A DNA stretch of 64,000 nt from Camelus ferus (taxonomy: Eukaryota): assembly GCF_009834535.1 (NCBI RefSeq), contig NC_045696.1:19532001-19596000 (forward strand), in the 5' to 3' direction. Shown here piece by piece: positions 13,097-26,900 of the stretch. The notes below the pieces were generated by a model. That model was not told the origin of the DNA and did no database searches. It was given only the letters and a program-made list of their open reading frames with translations. Position 1 is the first letter of the stretch. Each line of letters opens with the position of its first letter. Made by a program: the position numbers and the translations under genes.

Positions 13097-15434
13097 TATC
13101 TTCAGAATTTATCATGTAGGTTGACATCATAGTTGTACAAATGTGAGAACTTTTTTTGGTACTTCATGTGAAAGTCACTTGGACTAGTACTTAGGACAGA
13201 ACCATTACATTCTAATATTTTGATAAAGCAAAGTAAGTCATAGTTAAATTGAATAATGGAAATATAATCCTTCAGCTATTAATTACTATGGGATAAAAAC
13301 TTGCATTTAATGTCTTTATTATTATGTGGCAATATACATTATTAATGATGCAAAGCAAATTCTTCCTTCTTTCATTAGGAAAAAATGTTGTTCTTTTGCA
13401 GTATTAAAAAGTAAGTTTGCCCACTTTAAAAATAAACAGGTCCTTTAGTTATTACCTGTTACAAATGATATGGTTTTTGACTTGTAGTAAACTATCGGTG
13501 TATATAAAGGTAGCATGTTATTAGCAAAAAATGTTGGTATTTAAAAGTTAGTAACATATCTGAAATTAACAGAAATTCTGGAAGAGTAGAATTTCTTCTG
13601 GAAGGTGTGTGATTCCCTAGGAAACTGTAAGTCATTTTCAGAGTTGGCATTGGCTCTGTAATAGTGCACAATATGCTTCTGACCAGAAGTCCAAAGACAT
13701 TCCTTCTCATATCTGACATTCCAAAGGACATCTTTTTCTTTGTGCTACAAAAAAGCATTACACATTTCTGAAAGAAAATTCATTTATATCTTGGCTTTGA
13801 TTCACCACCTACTGAAGATTCATTTAGGACATTGGATATTTGATTGAGACAGGTTAATGGGTATATTAGCTGTCCATCTAGTATTTTCAGGTTCTATCTC
13901 TACATTAAGTAAGATGATTAGAAAGTGAAGTGTCTGACTGTTCATTATTATTCCAATCCTTCACAGAAAGGCAACTCTAAAATTTGACTTGATATTATAT
14001 CTTTGCCTTTCCTGAAGGTCAGTTTAAGAACTGCTTATTTGGATAGTATTTTAATATTTTTATAAAATTATTACTGATAGAGTTTATTGTCTTTTCAATA
14101 ATTCCTTAATCAAACATCTATGTGATAGCTACCTTCTTGAGTTTTGTTCAAACAGAAATATTTTGCGGTAAATTTTAATTTTTGGACATTTGAAATTACA
14201 TAATGTATCATGTTTATTTTTGTGATTTTGCCTGACTAGATATTTATGGCCAAATTTTGGATCCAATGGTAGTGCAACGCCTCTGAGGTGGCCAGTATTC
14301 CCTGTCTTTCTTCTTCCTCACACTCACATCTTTGAATCTTTTTAGTCATTGATCAATAGAGAGAATTGTGGATCACATCAGTTACTCAACAATTTTTATT
14401 GTAGGTGCCATTGTTCTACAATAGGCATCCAGGCACTGGGGATACATGCTGAACAAAACAGAAAAATTTCCATCTTTTGTGGAATTAGAATGTAACAGAG
14501 AAGACAGATATCACTTTTAAAATAGAGTACAAATAAACTGAAAAATACCATGTCAGACCATCACAGTTCTATTTTGGAGGTGGGTCTTGAGGACAGGGGT
14601 GGGTTTGAGTCAGAGGCATGTTCCTTAATAACCAAAGTGTGGACTGGGATCTGAAAATGGTGAAAGAAGAGTAGTGTTGTAGAGAGAATTCTACGCATAT
14701 GCCACCAGGAGGCTTATGGAAGAACTGAGGGAAGCCAGCAGGTGCAGAGAAGAGACTGGGGCACATAGGATCTCCTGATACTGGGCAGGTTAATAGAGAA
14801 CACTTGCAGAACCCAAGACACATGCAGACATACAATAAATTTGCACCCTTGGATTGTGTATTCTTTTGTTTCTCATTGTATGTTATGCAGTTCCAAGGAG
14901 GATATTTTGTATTATATATTCTGCTTGCCTTATTTATAATTGTATTAATTTTCTATTGAATATAAATTAAACTTAGCTTTAAATACTCAAAGATAGCAGC
15001 AAGGCATAACTGCTAAATGTATAAAATAGGAAACAGACTCTCCCCAAAGGTTACTGGCATTAATTTACCCAAACTGACTTCCCCAAACCATGTTAAAATA
15101 GCATGAAATTGACTAGTTTGTGCAAAAAAAATTTAAGCAGAACTATTGTCTTCCTTTCTTATAAGATCCCTGTATTTACTCTTAGTATTAATGTCTCTTT
15201 CCTCTGGGCTTGATCCTACCTTCCTAATTTTCTCCTATTTTGATATCATGAAATGAACTTTTGCACAATTATCTGCCCTAAAAGCAGTACACGTTTGAAG
15301 GAATAAAGAGTAATGGATGCAATAAAATTTCTTAACTTATGTAGTTTCTTTACTAGGTTCTACGGTCCTTTTCTTCTCTTTGCACATATAGGCAATAATT
15401 TATTCAACATATAGGAGTGGAATATAACAGTGGT

Positions 15435-15692
15435 TAACAGCTCACACACATAACAAATGACAGTTATACACTATTCTAAATAGTTTACATTCATTAGTTC
15501 CCTCAATCCTCATAATACTGCTATGAGATTGGGACTAATATCATCCTCATTTTAAAGATACGCAAATTAAGGCACTTTAGAAACATTAGATAACCTGCCC
15601 AGGTCCCACACAGCTTACATCCTGTGATAGCGGCAGAACACCCAGGCCGTCTGGCCCTGGTTCATGTTCTGAATTACTTTTGTCATAATGCT
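15435..15692 (-). mobile_element. MIR SINE
   Basis: Reverse-orientation MIR core: aatcctcataata...atcctcattttaaagat...aaattaaggcact...aacctgcccaggtcccacacagc. Confidence 0.8.
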
Positions 15693-15937
15693 TACCGTGT
15701 GAGCCATAACTATGTGTCTAAACTACATACTGTACAACAGCTACATGACCAGCACTACACTGGGTACTGAGGACAGAAAGATGAATCAGAAAGGCAAAGC
15801 CCTTAGTGTCATAGGTCAAAAGACTTAGAAACAAATCATAAATTTCATCTGGAACATCTAATACAGTCCACAGAGGTGAGGACCAAGTACTTGTAGATAT
15901 TTCTGTCTAAACAGGGACCTGACGGATAAGTAAGGCA

Positions 15938-16113
15938 CTGGACTGGCTGCATAATTTGCGGAGCTCACTGAGAAATGAAACGTGGGGTCTTGTTCAAAAA
16001 TTATTATGAATTTTAAAGACTGGCACAGCAGCACTTTAAATCCAGCACAGGCCCCTTTTGAGGGTTGGGCTCCATGCAGTTGTTCATGGCACACACTCAT
16101 GAAGTCAGCCCTG
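15938..16113 (-). mobile_element. MER45A-like hAT-Tip100 DNA transposon with a degenerate 8-bp TSD
   Basis: Matches the recalled MER45A consensus in reverse. Termini ctggactggct / agtcagccctg. Flanks gtaaggca (15930-15937) and gccaggca (16114-16121) match at 6 of 8 positions. Confidence 0.8.
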
Positions 16114-16317
16114 GCCAGGCAGACAAGAGGAAAAGTTAGGGAGGAGATGGAACTACATGGGCTTGGACTAGATGGGAAAATGGCATGTTCAAAGAGTGGA
16201 AAGAAGCTCACGGGAGTTGGCATGGCCAATATGAGGTGGAGAGAGATGAAGTGGCTGGAGAGATAGACAAGACTGCCAAAAAAGAGCCTCAAAGGTCAAG
16301 GGAAGACCAGTAAGAAC

Positions 16318-17110
16318 ATGAAAGGATGCTCAACATCATGAGCCATTGTGAAAATGCGTATCAAAACCACAATGCCACTTCACACACTCTGTGATAGCTA
16401 TAAACAGAAAGACAGATAATAACAAGCATTGGCTAGGATGTGGAGAAATGGAACCCTCATGCACATGTGGTAGGAATGTAAAATGGTGCAGCCGCTTTTG
16501 ATAAAATGTCTGACAGCTACTCAAAATGTTAAAGACAGAGTTACCATATGACACAGCAATTGCATTCCCAAGAGAATTAAAGATCTATGTCCACACAAAA
16601 AACTCACACATGAATATCCGTAAGAGCATTATTAATAAAGCCAAACAGTGAAAACAACACAAATGTCCATCTACTCACACATGGATAAATAAAATATGCA
16701 ATCTCCATGTAATGGAATATTATTTGGCAATAAAATATGTGAAGTTCTTACACAAGCTACAACATAGATGAACCTTGAAAACATTATTCTAAGTTTAAAA
16801 ACCTAGTAACACAGTCCACACATTGAGTGCTTCCCTTTATATGTAATTCCCAGAATGCACAAATCTATAGATATGAAAAGTACAAAAGGAGTTGCTTAAG
16901 GCTGACAGGTGGTGGTAAGGAGATTGTAAGCTAATGGCCAAGAGGGGCAGGATTTCTTTTTGGCATGTTGAAAATGTCCCCAGATTTACTGTGTTGAATA
17001 TTGCACAACACTATGAATTTACTAAAAAGCAATTTATTTAATTTTACCCTTCTGCAGGTAAAATGCATGCTATATAAATTATATGTAGATGAAAATGTTA
17101 AAAATTAAAA
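16318..17110 (+). mobile_element. L1MB-like 3' end (ORF2 C-terminus and 3'UTR) inserted in an L2 remnant
   Basis: atgaaaggatgctcaacatca...ggatgtggagaaatggaaccctc...gaaccttgaaaacattattctaagt, ending in an A-rich tail. Confidence 0.85.
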
Positions 17111-17754
17111 CCAAAAGAAGGAATATGGATGTTCTATGAAGAATTGGAAAGGACTGTAAAGGTTTCATGCCAAGGAGTAAAGAGAGTGCATTTGTTATTT
17201 GAGAGGATCACTTCTGCTGTAGGGTGAAAAATAAATTTGAAAGAGGGAAGTAAAAACCCCTAGAAACATACTGCACTTAATAATGTTCTGGGAAAAGGTA
17301 GAGGTCGAGGAGATGAAGAGAAATGTGTGGATTCTAAAAATACATTCAGGAAGAATCAACAGTGTTTAAGTGAATGATTGGCTTGGAAGGTGGTGATGAA
17401 AAAAGGGAGGAAAAGAGTATTTTCAGGTTTTTGTCACAAATCCCTCGATGGGAAATCTGATCTATCATTAGTAGATTGTTGTAGGTATATACAATTATAG
17501 ATACAGAGGCATATATTCACATTTGACTTAACATCATATTTTAATAACCTTATACATTCTATTTCATATTATCTCAGTACTTTAATATTTGAAATTATAA
17601 TGCTATGATAATCAAATCAAAAGCAGAATAAACTTTCAAAGATTTGAATTAAAAAAATTAGATACGGTGAAATCTAACTGATAATTGACAAAATGCTGGT
17701 TTTCAGAATGTGACCTGAATGTTTTATATTAGTGCCTGGGTGTGCTGTCTACTT

Positions 17755-17984
17755 TAGCATAACATAGTTGCTAAGATCAGAGACTGCAGAACAGATGGGA
17801 AAGTTTACACCCTGTTTGTGCTACCTACAAGCTTTGGAGTTGATTACATCAGTTAGCTATACCTCGGTTTCCCTCTCTGTATAACGAATATAAATGTACA
17901 GCCTTTATAGTATTGCTAGGGTGGCTAAATGATTTGAATATTTGAAAAGAGCTTAGTACCTATTAAGTACATGATAAATAAATT
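17755..17984 (+). mobile_element. MIR SINE
   Basis: agcataacatagttgctaagatcagagact...cctcggtttccctctctgtataa...gagcttagtac. Confidence 0.7.
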
Positions 17985-20299
17985 GGCACAAAACATCTGA
18001 TAATTCAGAGCTAAATGTTCCATGTATGAGTTTACACAGTATCCGCTTTACTGTGATGTCCAAAGGCATTCTACCTCAAGGGGAAATAACAACTCTCCGA
18101 TTTTCTTCTTACTCAGCAGTTCTTTATTGCTGCTAGACTTCTCATGATCCCATGAACCACATGCCAATTTTTTTATAATAGTTTTTCAATGAAAATATGT
18201 AAGCTATTCAGTGAAAGACAAAATTAAAATTCGGATGAAAAACTACTATTTGGACAGCAAAATTACTAAATAAATGATAAAACGTTTCACATTTAATGGT
18301 TAAATTACCAGATGATGTGATTTATATTTTATTTCATCCATAATACCAATAATAAAACCCTATATATTAAATTTATCTGTAATTGCCATTACATTTGTGA
18401 ATGGCTTTGATGTATCCTTGACCCTGCTCTTCATCAGGAGGACCTTCCCTGCTCAAATGCCATGACTTTGGTGTCAGAGGCCCAATCCTGTAGGCTTTAT
18501 ACAGATGTAAGCTCTGTGTTACTATTCAATGGTTTTAAATTTGTGGATTATAATGATTATGCATCACATTCCCAAAATGTATACATTAGTCAAAGCCGTA
18601 TTAGATATCCCAACCCCATGTCTATATCACTATTACTTATTATGGCCATTCATTATGATTGGAGCTTTAAGCAAATAAATTAGAACGAGGGAATGTGCTT
18701 ATAGAAGGCTGGTCATAATTTTGGCATGACTGTCAGCGACTCTGAATGACAAGATACCTATTTTTTGTTGAATAAGTAACAATTTTAATCAAATCTGGAG
18801 ACAACAGAACAAAATATTTGACACTCAGGGCATTCAAGCCATAAGTAAGAGGACAGTGTAGAAAGCCAGGGGGAAAATCCCACTGATTCAAGCTATCAAT
18901 CCATGTAAAACTTCATTGCTTTCTCCAAGATTAAGAAACCATGAAAAACAGGATGATCACTATTGTTTTTGAATTTCCAATCTTCCTGTCTGTCCTTCAT
19001 AGTGGAAAGTAAGCAAAGTAAGAACAACTACTTACTAAAAAATCAATAAGTGATCAAGAAGCCAGGAGGATACTGAAATCTAAAAATTACATTTTATCTT
19101 GAGGTAAACTTTGGTTTTATGGCACACAACCAGAAGAAAGAGAAGAGATCTGAAAGAATGAGGCACGTTATACCCTGAAATCCTTCCTGTTCAGCACTTA
19201 TTATAAGATGGCCAGATGCACTGTGATGATTTATGCAAATAACTGAACTTACCTTGTGAATAATGATATCACAGTATTAAATCACACTGCTTGCTCTGAA
19301 GTAATGGAATGACCAGTAAGTACTGGCTTCGTTGCCCCAGGGCTTTGAATAAGTCATAGGTTTGGTCTGATGTTTTTTTAATCCAACATTTAAAATATTT
19401 TGCTCTATAACATAAACATAACCTATTGGAAAACAATACTAGAAAATATTAGAACTGGAATGAAGTAATATTCATAATGACTGAAGCTGAGCGATAGAAT
19501 GTAGGATTCAATGATACTGTTCTACAGCTTTCACTTTGTTTTACATTTACTTCATACATTTTATCATGGGAATTTTTAAATATCGTAACCAAGATGGGAT
19601 GTGTTCCTTTATCTCATTTCCTGAACTGTTAGAACATACAGAGCAGATTGGAATTAAAATTAATGTCTAGAGCATGCTGCTGCAGCCTACTTATAAACCC
19701 ATACATTTCTGTATCAAAAGTCTCTGAGATTTTGGTGTCATTTATTTTGCAGTTATCATAGTACAAGTTGGCTAATATACCATACATAATGTTTGTTGCC
19801 TTTTCCCCATGTCTGGTAAGAATTACTTAAGTTTCTGTAGGTTCAAAAAACAAACAAACAAAAAATGGTTGTGTAGGCTCACCGCTAGATACATGATAAA
19901 TGTTATTATAATCAGCGTTGTGCTTAGTAACCAGTGTCTATGCAGTATGATAATCTTGTTCAAACTATAGACAAATGAAAGATTTTTGAAAAGCAAGAAG
20001 CACAGTATTCAAAGTGAAGTAGCACAATAATGTTGCATGAAATGTTTAAAAAAATGCCTGACACTTAGCATACATTCCATAAATGTTAACCATAGTCATT
20101 ATCCTTTTCCTCTAGTATATCTTTATACAAATCCCTACCAGACATCCTATAAGAAAACGCAGTATGAAGAAATATAAAGCATTCTGAGAACATACTTTCT
20201 GTGCTTTATCTAATGAGACAAATGAAGACCCTCTTCTGAGCCATTTTTGGCCAACACTTACTCAAAGCATGAAAAAGACCCAGGACTACTCTATATTTA

Positions 20300-21290
20300 T
20301 ATTAGTCTTTTTCCTGTTTATGTTTTCTTTGGACAAACTGTGTTTTTCTGTCTTTGATTTCACAAATCTTTCATTCTGCAGTATCTAATCTGCTGTTAAC
20401 CCCATTCAATGCCTTTTTTACTTGATATTTTTTAATTTCTAGATTTGATTTAGTCTTTTATATTGTCATGTTTCTCAGTTTTCATTCTATCTTGTACATA
20501 TGCAGTATACGTAAAAAAATTGGTATGTGAATGCTCTTACCTATTAATACTGTTATCTGTGACAATGGATCTGTTTCTTTTGATTGATGTGGTCTTTGCA
20601 ATTATGGGTTATATTTTCATGTACCTTGTATATCTCATAATTTTTACTGGATGCCAAAAATTACGAATTATGTATTTTGAGAGCTATATATTTATATATA
20701 TTTTTAGACCTTTCAGTACGTTTGGTCTCTTTCCTGAGATATTGCTAAGCTACTTGAAAACAATTTTGTTTTTTTGAGGCTTTTAAACTTAGGGGAATTG
20801 GGAGCAATCTTTAGTTTATGACTACTTTGGCCATACTACGAAAGCAGCATTCCTCAGTATTCCAGTGGTTCCTTCTATGGCCTTGGATATTCTCCTCAGA
20901 CACATACACTCATCAGTACTCGACTGAAGACTCCTGGGGAAAGCACTGATGAACTCTGGTGTTCTCTCTCTTTCTCTGTTTGAATTTGTCTCTTCTCCAC
21001 AGAGCTCTGCCCTGTCTGGTGCCCCATCCTGTGATTTCTATCACCCCTAGTTACTCAAATTCAAAACACTGTCTCCTCAACTAAGAGAAAACAATCAGTC
21101 TCTTCATCCCAGCACTGCAACCTGGGAACTCTCTACACAGTAGGCTCGAGCAATCACACGGCTCACAACATTTGTTTCTCCTGTCTCATGAGTCAATGTG
21201 CCATCCATCATGACATAAGTTTTGTCCATTGTTGCCATTGTTTAAAGTCAGAGTGTAAAGCAAGTCCTTCTTTATCCATTATGCCTGGAA
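20300..21290 (-). mobile_element. Old L1 (L1M) 5' region/ORF1 fragment
   Basis: T-rich reverse L1 pattern (tctgcagtatctaatctgctgttaacccc), similar to the L1M 5' fragments near 45100 and 60900. Confidence 0.65.
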
Positions 21291-22087
21291 ATATAAGTTC
21301 TACAGGTATCTTAAATTGCCACTAGTCCCACACCAAACATCAGAAAACGGAATGCATTTACCATCTAGTGACCATCTTTTGTCACATACATGAGAATTCA
21401 CATGGTATACAACACATCGCTATTAACAGCATCACTTTTATCAGACTGATACCATGAAGTAGAATAGCACCTAGAAACATACATGCATATTTTTTCCTTC
21501 TTTTTAAAAATTATATCATTTCAAATACATATTCAAATATATACATCACTGGCTATATAGAAATTTTATTAAAATAATGTATATAATCATTGTCAAATGT
21601 GTTGGTAGTGCTATAGCAAATATATGCTCCTTAAATACACAGCTATGCTGAATGAGTCATATACTTTATTTCAACATCTCATAGCTACATTTTGGGTGTG
21701 AGGTTCAAAGAGTAAAATGCATTTCCTTATATATGTGTTTTGAACTATTCTCTGTCTTACTATCTGACTCATTGCAATTAACATAATCATTTTAAATAAA
21801 AGCACTGTCATTTATTTTTATAACACATGAATGTAAACACCAAAAACTACTCACCATACAACAAAACACGAAAATCAGTTTCATCAAATCATTTTGTTAC
21901 ACAGACACAGAAGCAAGCTACCTCTAAGAGATGGCTTAAAATTAAAACTGTGTTTAATATACATTAACTCTAGTGAGTTGCTTTGGTTGGTTTTGTTTCT
22001 GAATTTTGTTTGTTTTGTGGTAAAATAAAGGCAAATTAAAACAAATACTGCATATACAAACTACACTTTTTGTAATTGTTAGAAATC

Positions 22088-22197
22088 AAAATGAATATAT
22101 GTATGTTTCTATATGACTGAAGCATTGTGCTGTACACCAGAAATTGACAGAACATTGTAAACTGACTGTACTTCAATAAAAATATTTAAAAAAAGAG
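22088..22197 (+). mobile_element. Short 5'-truncated L1 3' terminus (camelid-like)
   Basis: atatgactgaagcattgtgctgtacaccagaaattgaca...gtaaactgactgtacttcaataaaa plus A tail. Confidence 0.75.
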
Positions 22198-23934
22198 AAA
22201 CATTTTCCAGAAAGGATCTGAGTTATTAAGATAATAAAATAATTAATAGGAGAAAGAGGAAATGTCAATGAAATGTTATTTATTTTTTACCAAAAGCAAA
22301 AAGGTATATTAAAACGGTTCTAAAATAGGAAATAAATGAATCAATGATACAAGCCTAAACTGTTGAAAGGAAAAGATACAGTGTGGACTTGTCAAAAACA
22401 TTAAAAGAGAAGGTAAGGCCTATATTTCTGTATTATATTCCTTTTTATAAAACAAAAAAATTGTGGCTCAAACAGGTCTGTGATGAATCTTTACATTGAG
22501 ATATATCAATTATAATATGCCCAAAATTTATGAACATTATTATTAGAGGGATATCTGCTGGAACTAGAGAGCCAAGAAGCAGAGACAGTCTGGGGAATTA
22601 TATTACCTTTGCTACAAGAAACAAAAATGATAAGAAACAGCCTTCATCAAGCTATGAATTGTGCATTGGGATACAGAGGTATAAGATGTGTTCAAATAAT
22701 TATACTACAGGGAGGATGGATGTAAATTTTATGAGAAGGTATTAGAAGAGTAGTCTTCATAGTGGATAAATATGCAATGTGCTATCTCAAGGTGCTGATC
22801 AAAACACCTAGCAGGCATATAAATATCCCAATATATTTTCTATGGTACACACAGGAAAAGTGTACCATTCCACTGTTTCCAAACCTCCCGCTTCTAAAGA
22901 ACTTGTCTATGGGAACTCCTTAATCATCATCATTTGGACCCGGAGGAGATTTTAATTTATGAATAAGCAAATTATTAATTCACTAAGCAACATTTATCAA
23001 TTTGAATTATCAATTTACTCAAGTTGTTTGCCAATGGTTATGCTACTATTACTTCAGCATACGATTTTTTCTTTTAAATTTTTGTCCCAGTATGGTCACA
23101 ACTCCTGTGATTTGGCTAGATACAGTAAAATTCAGAATTGAGGACAAATAGCCATACAGTAAGACAATGCTAATGTCTGGTACATAGTAAACTCTTAACT
23201 GGCTTCAGATTTTGTAATTAAAAGAAAAGTGGTCAGCAATTTATGTTTAGTTTACCTAAAGAATTCAACCATTAACCTAAACCTATTCATAGTTAATACC
23301 TGTTAAAAATCACGTCTTCTCATACAGACTTCAGTTTGGTAGTCAAGGACTCTCTCAGCAAACTCAAAAGTAAATGGAAATTGCAATTATTACATCAAAG
23401 ATTTGTAGTAGTTTTCACTACCTTTTGACTCACGATGTGCATTCAATGTTGTAGACAGATGAAGCACACACACTATTGAAAAGATTTAAATGCCAAATAC
23501 AGATGGAGGAAATTATCATTTAGAGGTCAATTATAAGACAAAAGACTGGTAAGAGAGAAAATAGGAAAGTATGCTGCATAAGTCAAAGACCATGTGACAA
23601 GCAGGAAAGATTATTTAACTGGATCAATGCCTCTCTTAGGCAGAAAAGAAAATTTAGGATTGCTAATTTACCATTAAATTTAGAAAAGTAAACATAAGTA
23701 AACTTCCGAAAGAGGTACAGTGGAGTGATGTGGTCAAAGCCTGCTTGAAGTGTATTTAAGATAACTCGAGGAAGAATTTAGATAGAGCTAAGATTAAAAA
23801 ACATTTTCAAGGAATTTTGCTATGAATAGAGGATAGATGTCAGATGGATCTGGAAGCCAAATGTAGTAGCTAGCGATTGGTCTACATATTTGCACACACA
23901 TAAATATATAGGCATATATGAAGGGTATGTGGGT

Positions 23935-26900
23935 ATGACTATGTTACCCACACTGTGCATTGAATACTCATAACTCACTTATTTTGAGACTAAGTTTGTA
24001 GCTCTTAATCTCCCTCACCTATTTCTTTCCTCTGCCACCCAGTTCCCCTCTGGCAACCACTTGTTTGTTCTCTGTATCAATGACTCTCTATTTTATGATG
24101 CCTGTTCATTTGTTTAGTTTTTTTTTTAGATTCCAACTGTGAGTGAATTCATACAATATTTATCTTTCTCTGTCTGAATTATTTCACTTAGCATAATACC
24201 CTCTAGGTCAATCCATGTGAGCAAGACATGTATTGATGGCACTTAGATTGCTTCTGTATCTTGCTATTGTAAAAAATAGTGCAAGGAACATAGGGTTGCA
24301 TGTATCTTTTCAAATTAGTCTTCAAATTTTCTATGGATAAATATCCAGCAGTGGAATTTCTATATCATGTATTATTTCTAATTTTAGTTTTTTGAGAAAT
24401 CTCCACTTGTTTTCCATAATGGCTGCACCAATTTACATTTTCACCAATAGTGTATGAGAGTTTCCTTTTCTCCACACCTTCACAAACACTTGTTATTTGT
24501 TGCCTTTTTGAGAATAGTCACTCCAACAGGTGTGAGGTGATACCTCATTGTGGTTTTTTTAATTTGCATTCCCTTGATAATTAGTGATGTTGAGTACCTT
24601 TTGATGTGCCCATAGGTCATCTGTATGTCTTCTCTGGAAAAATATTTATTCAAGTACTCAGCCTATTTTTTAATTAGTTTTTTTTTTGATGTTGAGTTCT
24701 ATGAGTTATTTGTATATTTTAGATATTAACTCCTTATTTGCAAAATATCTTCTCCCATTAAGTAGGTAGCCTTTTTGTTTTGTTGATAGATTCCTTTGCT
24801 GTGCAAAAGTTTTTTTTTAGTTTGATGTTCTCTCATTTGTTTATGTTTGTTTTTGTTTCCCTTGCATGAGAAGATATATCCATAGAAATATTACTAAAAC
24901 CAATGTCAAAGAACCTACTGTTTATGTTTTTTTACCTAGAAGTTTTATGGTTTCAAGTTTTCCATTTAGACTTTAATCCATTTTGATCGCTTTTCATGCA
25001 TGAGGTGAGAGAGTGGTCTAGCTTGATTCTTTTGTATGTAGCTGTACAGTTTTGCCAACATCATTTATTGAAGAGGCTGCTTTTTCCCATTGCATGTTGT
25101 TGCCTCCTTTGTTGTAGATTAAATGACCATGTAAGTTTGAGTTCTTTTCTGGGCTCTCTGTTCTGCTCAATTGATCTATGTGTCTGTTTTTGTGCAAAAA
25201 CCATACAAGTTTGATTACTGTAGCTTTGTAGCATAATTTGAAGTCAGGGAGTATGATCCCTCCAGCTTTGTTCTTCTTTCTCAAGATTTCTTTGGGTATT
25301 CGGGTCTTTTTTGTTTCCATACAAATTTTGGAATTATTTGTTCTAGTTCTGTGAAAAATGCCATTGCTATTTTGATAGGGATTGAATTGAATCTGTAGAC
25401 TACCTTGGATAGTATGGTCATTTTAACAACATTAATTGTTCTAATCCATGAACCCAATATATTTTTCCATCTGTCTGCATCATCTTCAATTTATTTCATC
25501 AATATCTTATAGTTTTCCAAGCACAAGTGTTTTTATCTTCTTATATACATTATTCCTAGGTACTTTATCCTTTTTGATGTGATGGTAAATGGGACTGTAT
25601 TCTTAATTTCACTTTCTGATAGTTCATTATTAGTGTTTAGAAATGAAACAGATTTCTGTGCATTAATTTTGTATCTTGTAATTTTACTGACTTCATTGAT
25701 GAGTTTTAGAAGTTTTTTGGTGGCATCTTAGATTTCTATACATAGTATCATGCCATCTGCAAACAGGACCATTTTACTTCTTACTTTCCAATTAAGATTC
25801 CTTTTGTTTTCTTATCTTATTGCTGTGTCTAGGACTCCCAAACCTACGTTGAATAAAAGTGACAAAAGTGGGCATCCCTGTCTCGTTCCTGATCATAGAG
25901 AATATGCTTTCAGCTTTTCAGTGCTCACTATAATGTCAACTGTGGGTTTGTCATATATGGCTTTTATTATGTTGAGGTATATTCCCACTGTACCCACTTT
26001 TTTGAGAGTTTTTATCAAAAAACGGATGTTGAATTTTGTCAAAAACTTTTTCTACATCTATTGAGATGATCATCTAATTTTTATTCTTCAGTTTGTTGAC
26101 GTGGTATATCACATTGATTTGCAGATACTGAACCATCCTCGCATCCCTGGCATAAATCCCACTTGATCACAGTGTATGAACCTTTTAGTGTATTGTTTAA
26201 TTCAGTTTACTAATGTTTTGTTGGGGATTATGCTCATCAGTGATACTAGCCTATAATTTTCTTTTTTTGTGTGATATCACATCATTTTGGTGTCAGTGTG
26301 ATGCTGGCCTTGTAGAAAGAGCTAAAAAAGTCCTTTCTCTGCAGTTATTTGGAATGTTTGAGGTTTGAGCAGGATAGGCATTAATTCTTTAAATATGTGG
26401 TAGAATTCATCTGTGAAGCCATCTGGTCCTGGATTTTTGTTTCTTGGGAGTTGTTTTATTACTGATTCAATTTCATTACTGGTAATTTGTCTACTCATAT
26501 TTTCTATTTCTTCTTGGTTCAGTCTTTGGAGATTGCACATTTCCACAAATTTGTTCATATCTTCTACATTGTTTGTTTTATTGGCATATAACTGTTCTTC
26601 ATAATCTCATATGCTTGTGTTTTGGTGGTATTGCTTGTAACTTTTTTCATTTATTTTACCTATTTGAGCCTTCTCTCTCTCTCTCTTTTTTTTCTTGATG
26701 AGTCTGGCTAAAGGTTTGTTAATTTGGCTTATCTTTTCAAAGAACAAGCTCTTAGTTTCATTGATCTTTACATTTTTTAAAATTCTCTATTTCATTTATT
26801 TCTGTTCTGATATTTATGACTTCTTTTCTTCTACTAACTTTGCTTTTATGTGTTCTTTTTCAAGTTTTATTACAATTAAGGTTAGGTTATTTGTTTGGTT

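Noticed and set aside
21855..21923. 69-nt candidate cassette exon with an ATG|GTGAGT donor
   Set aside because: The second codon in phase 0 is TAG and the acceptor has only a short pyrimidine tract. It is indistinguishable from background pseudo-exons.
6860..23310. Recursive splice sites (AG|GT juxtapositions near 6867, 10522, 23256, 23298)
   Set aside because: None combines a long polypyrimidine tract with a strong GTRAG donor, and these introns are shorter than those typically spliced recursively.
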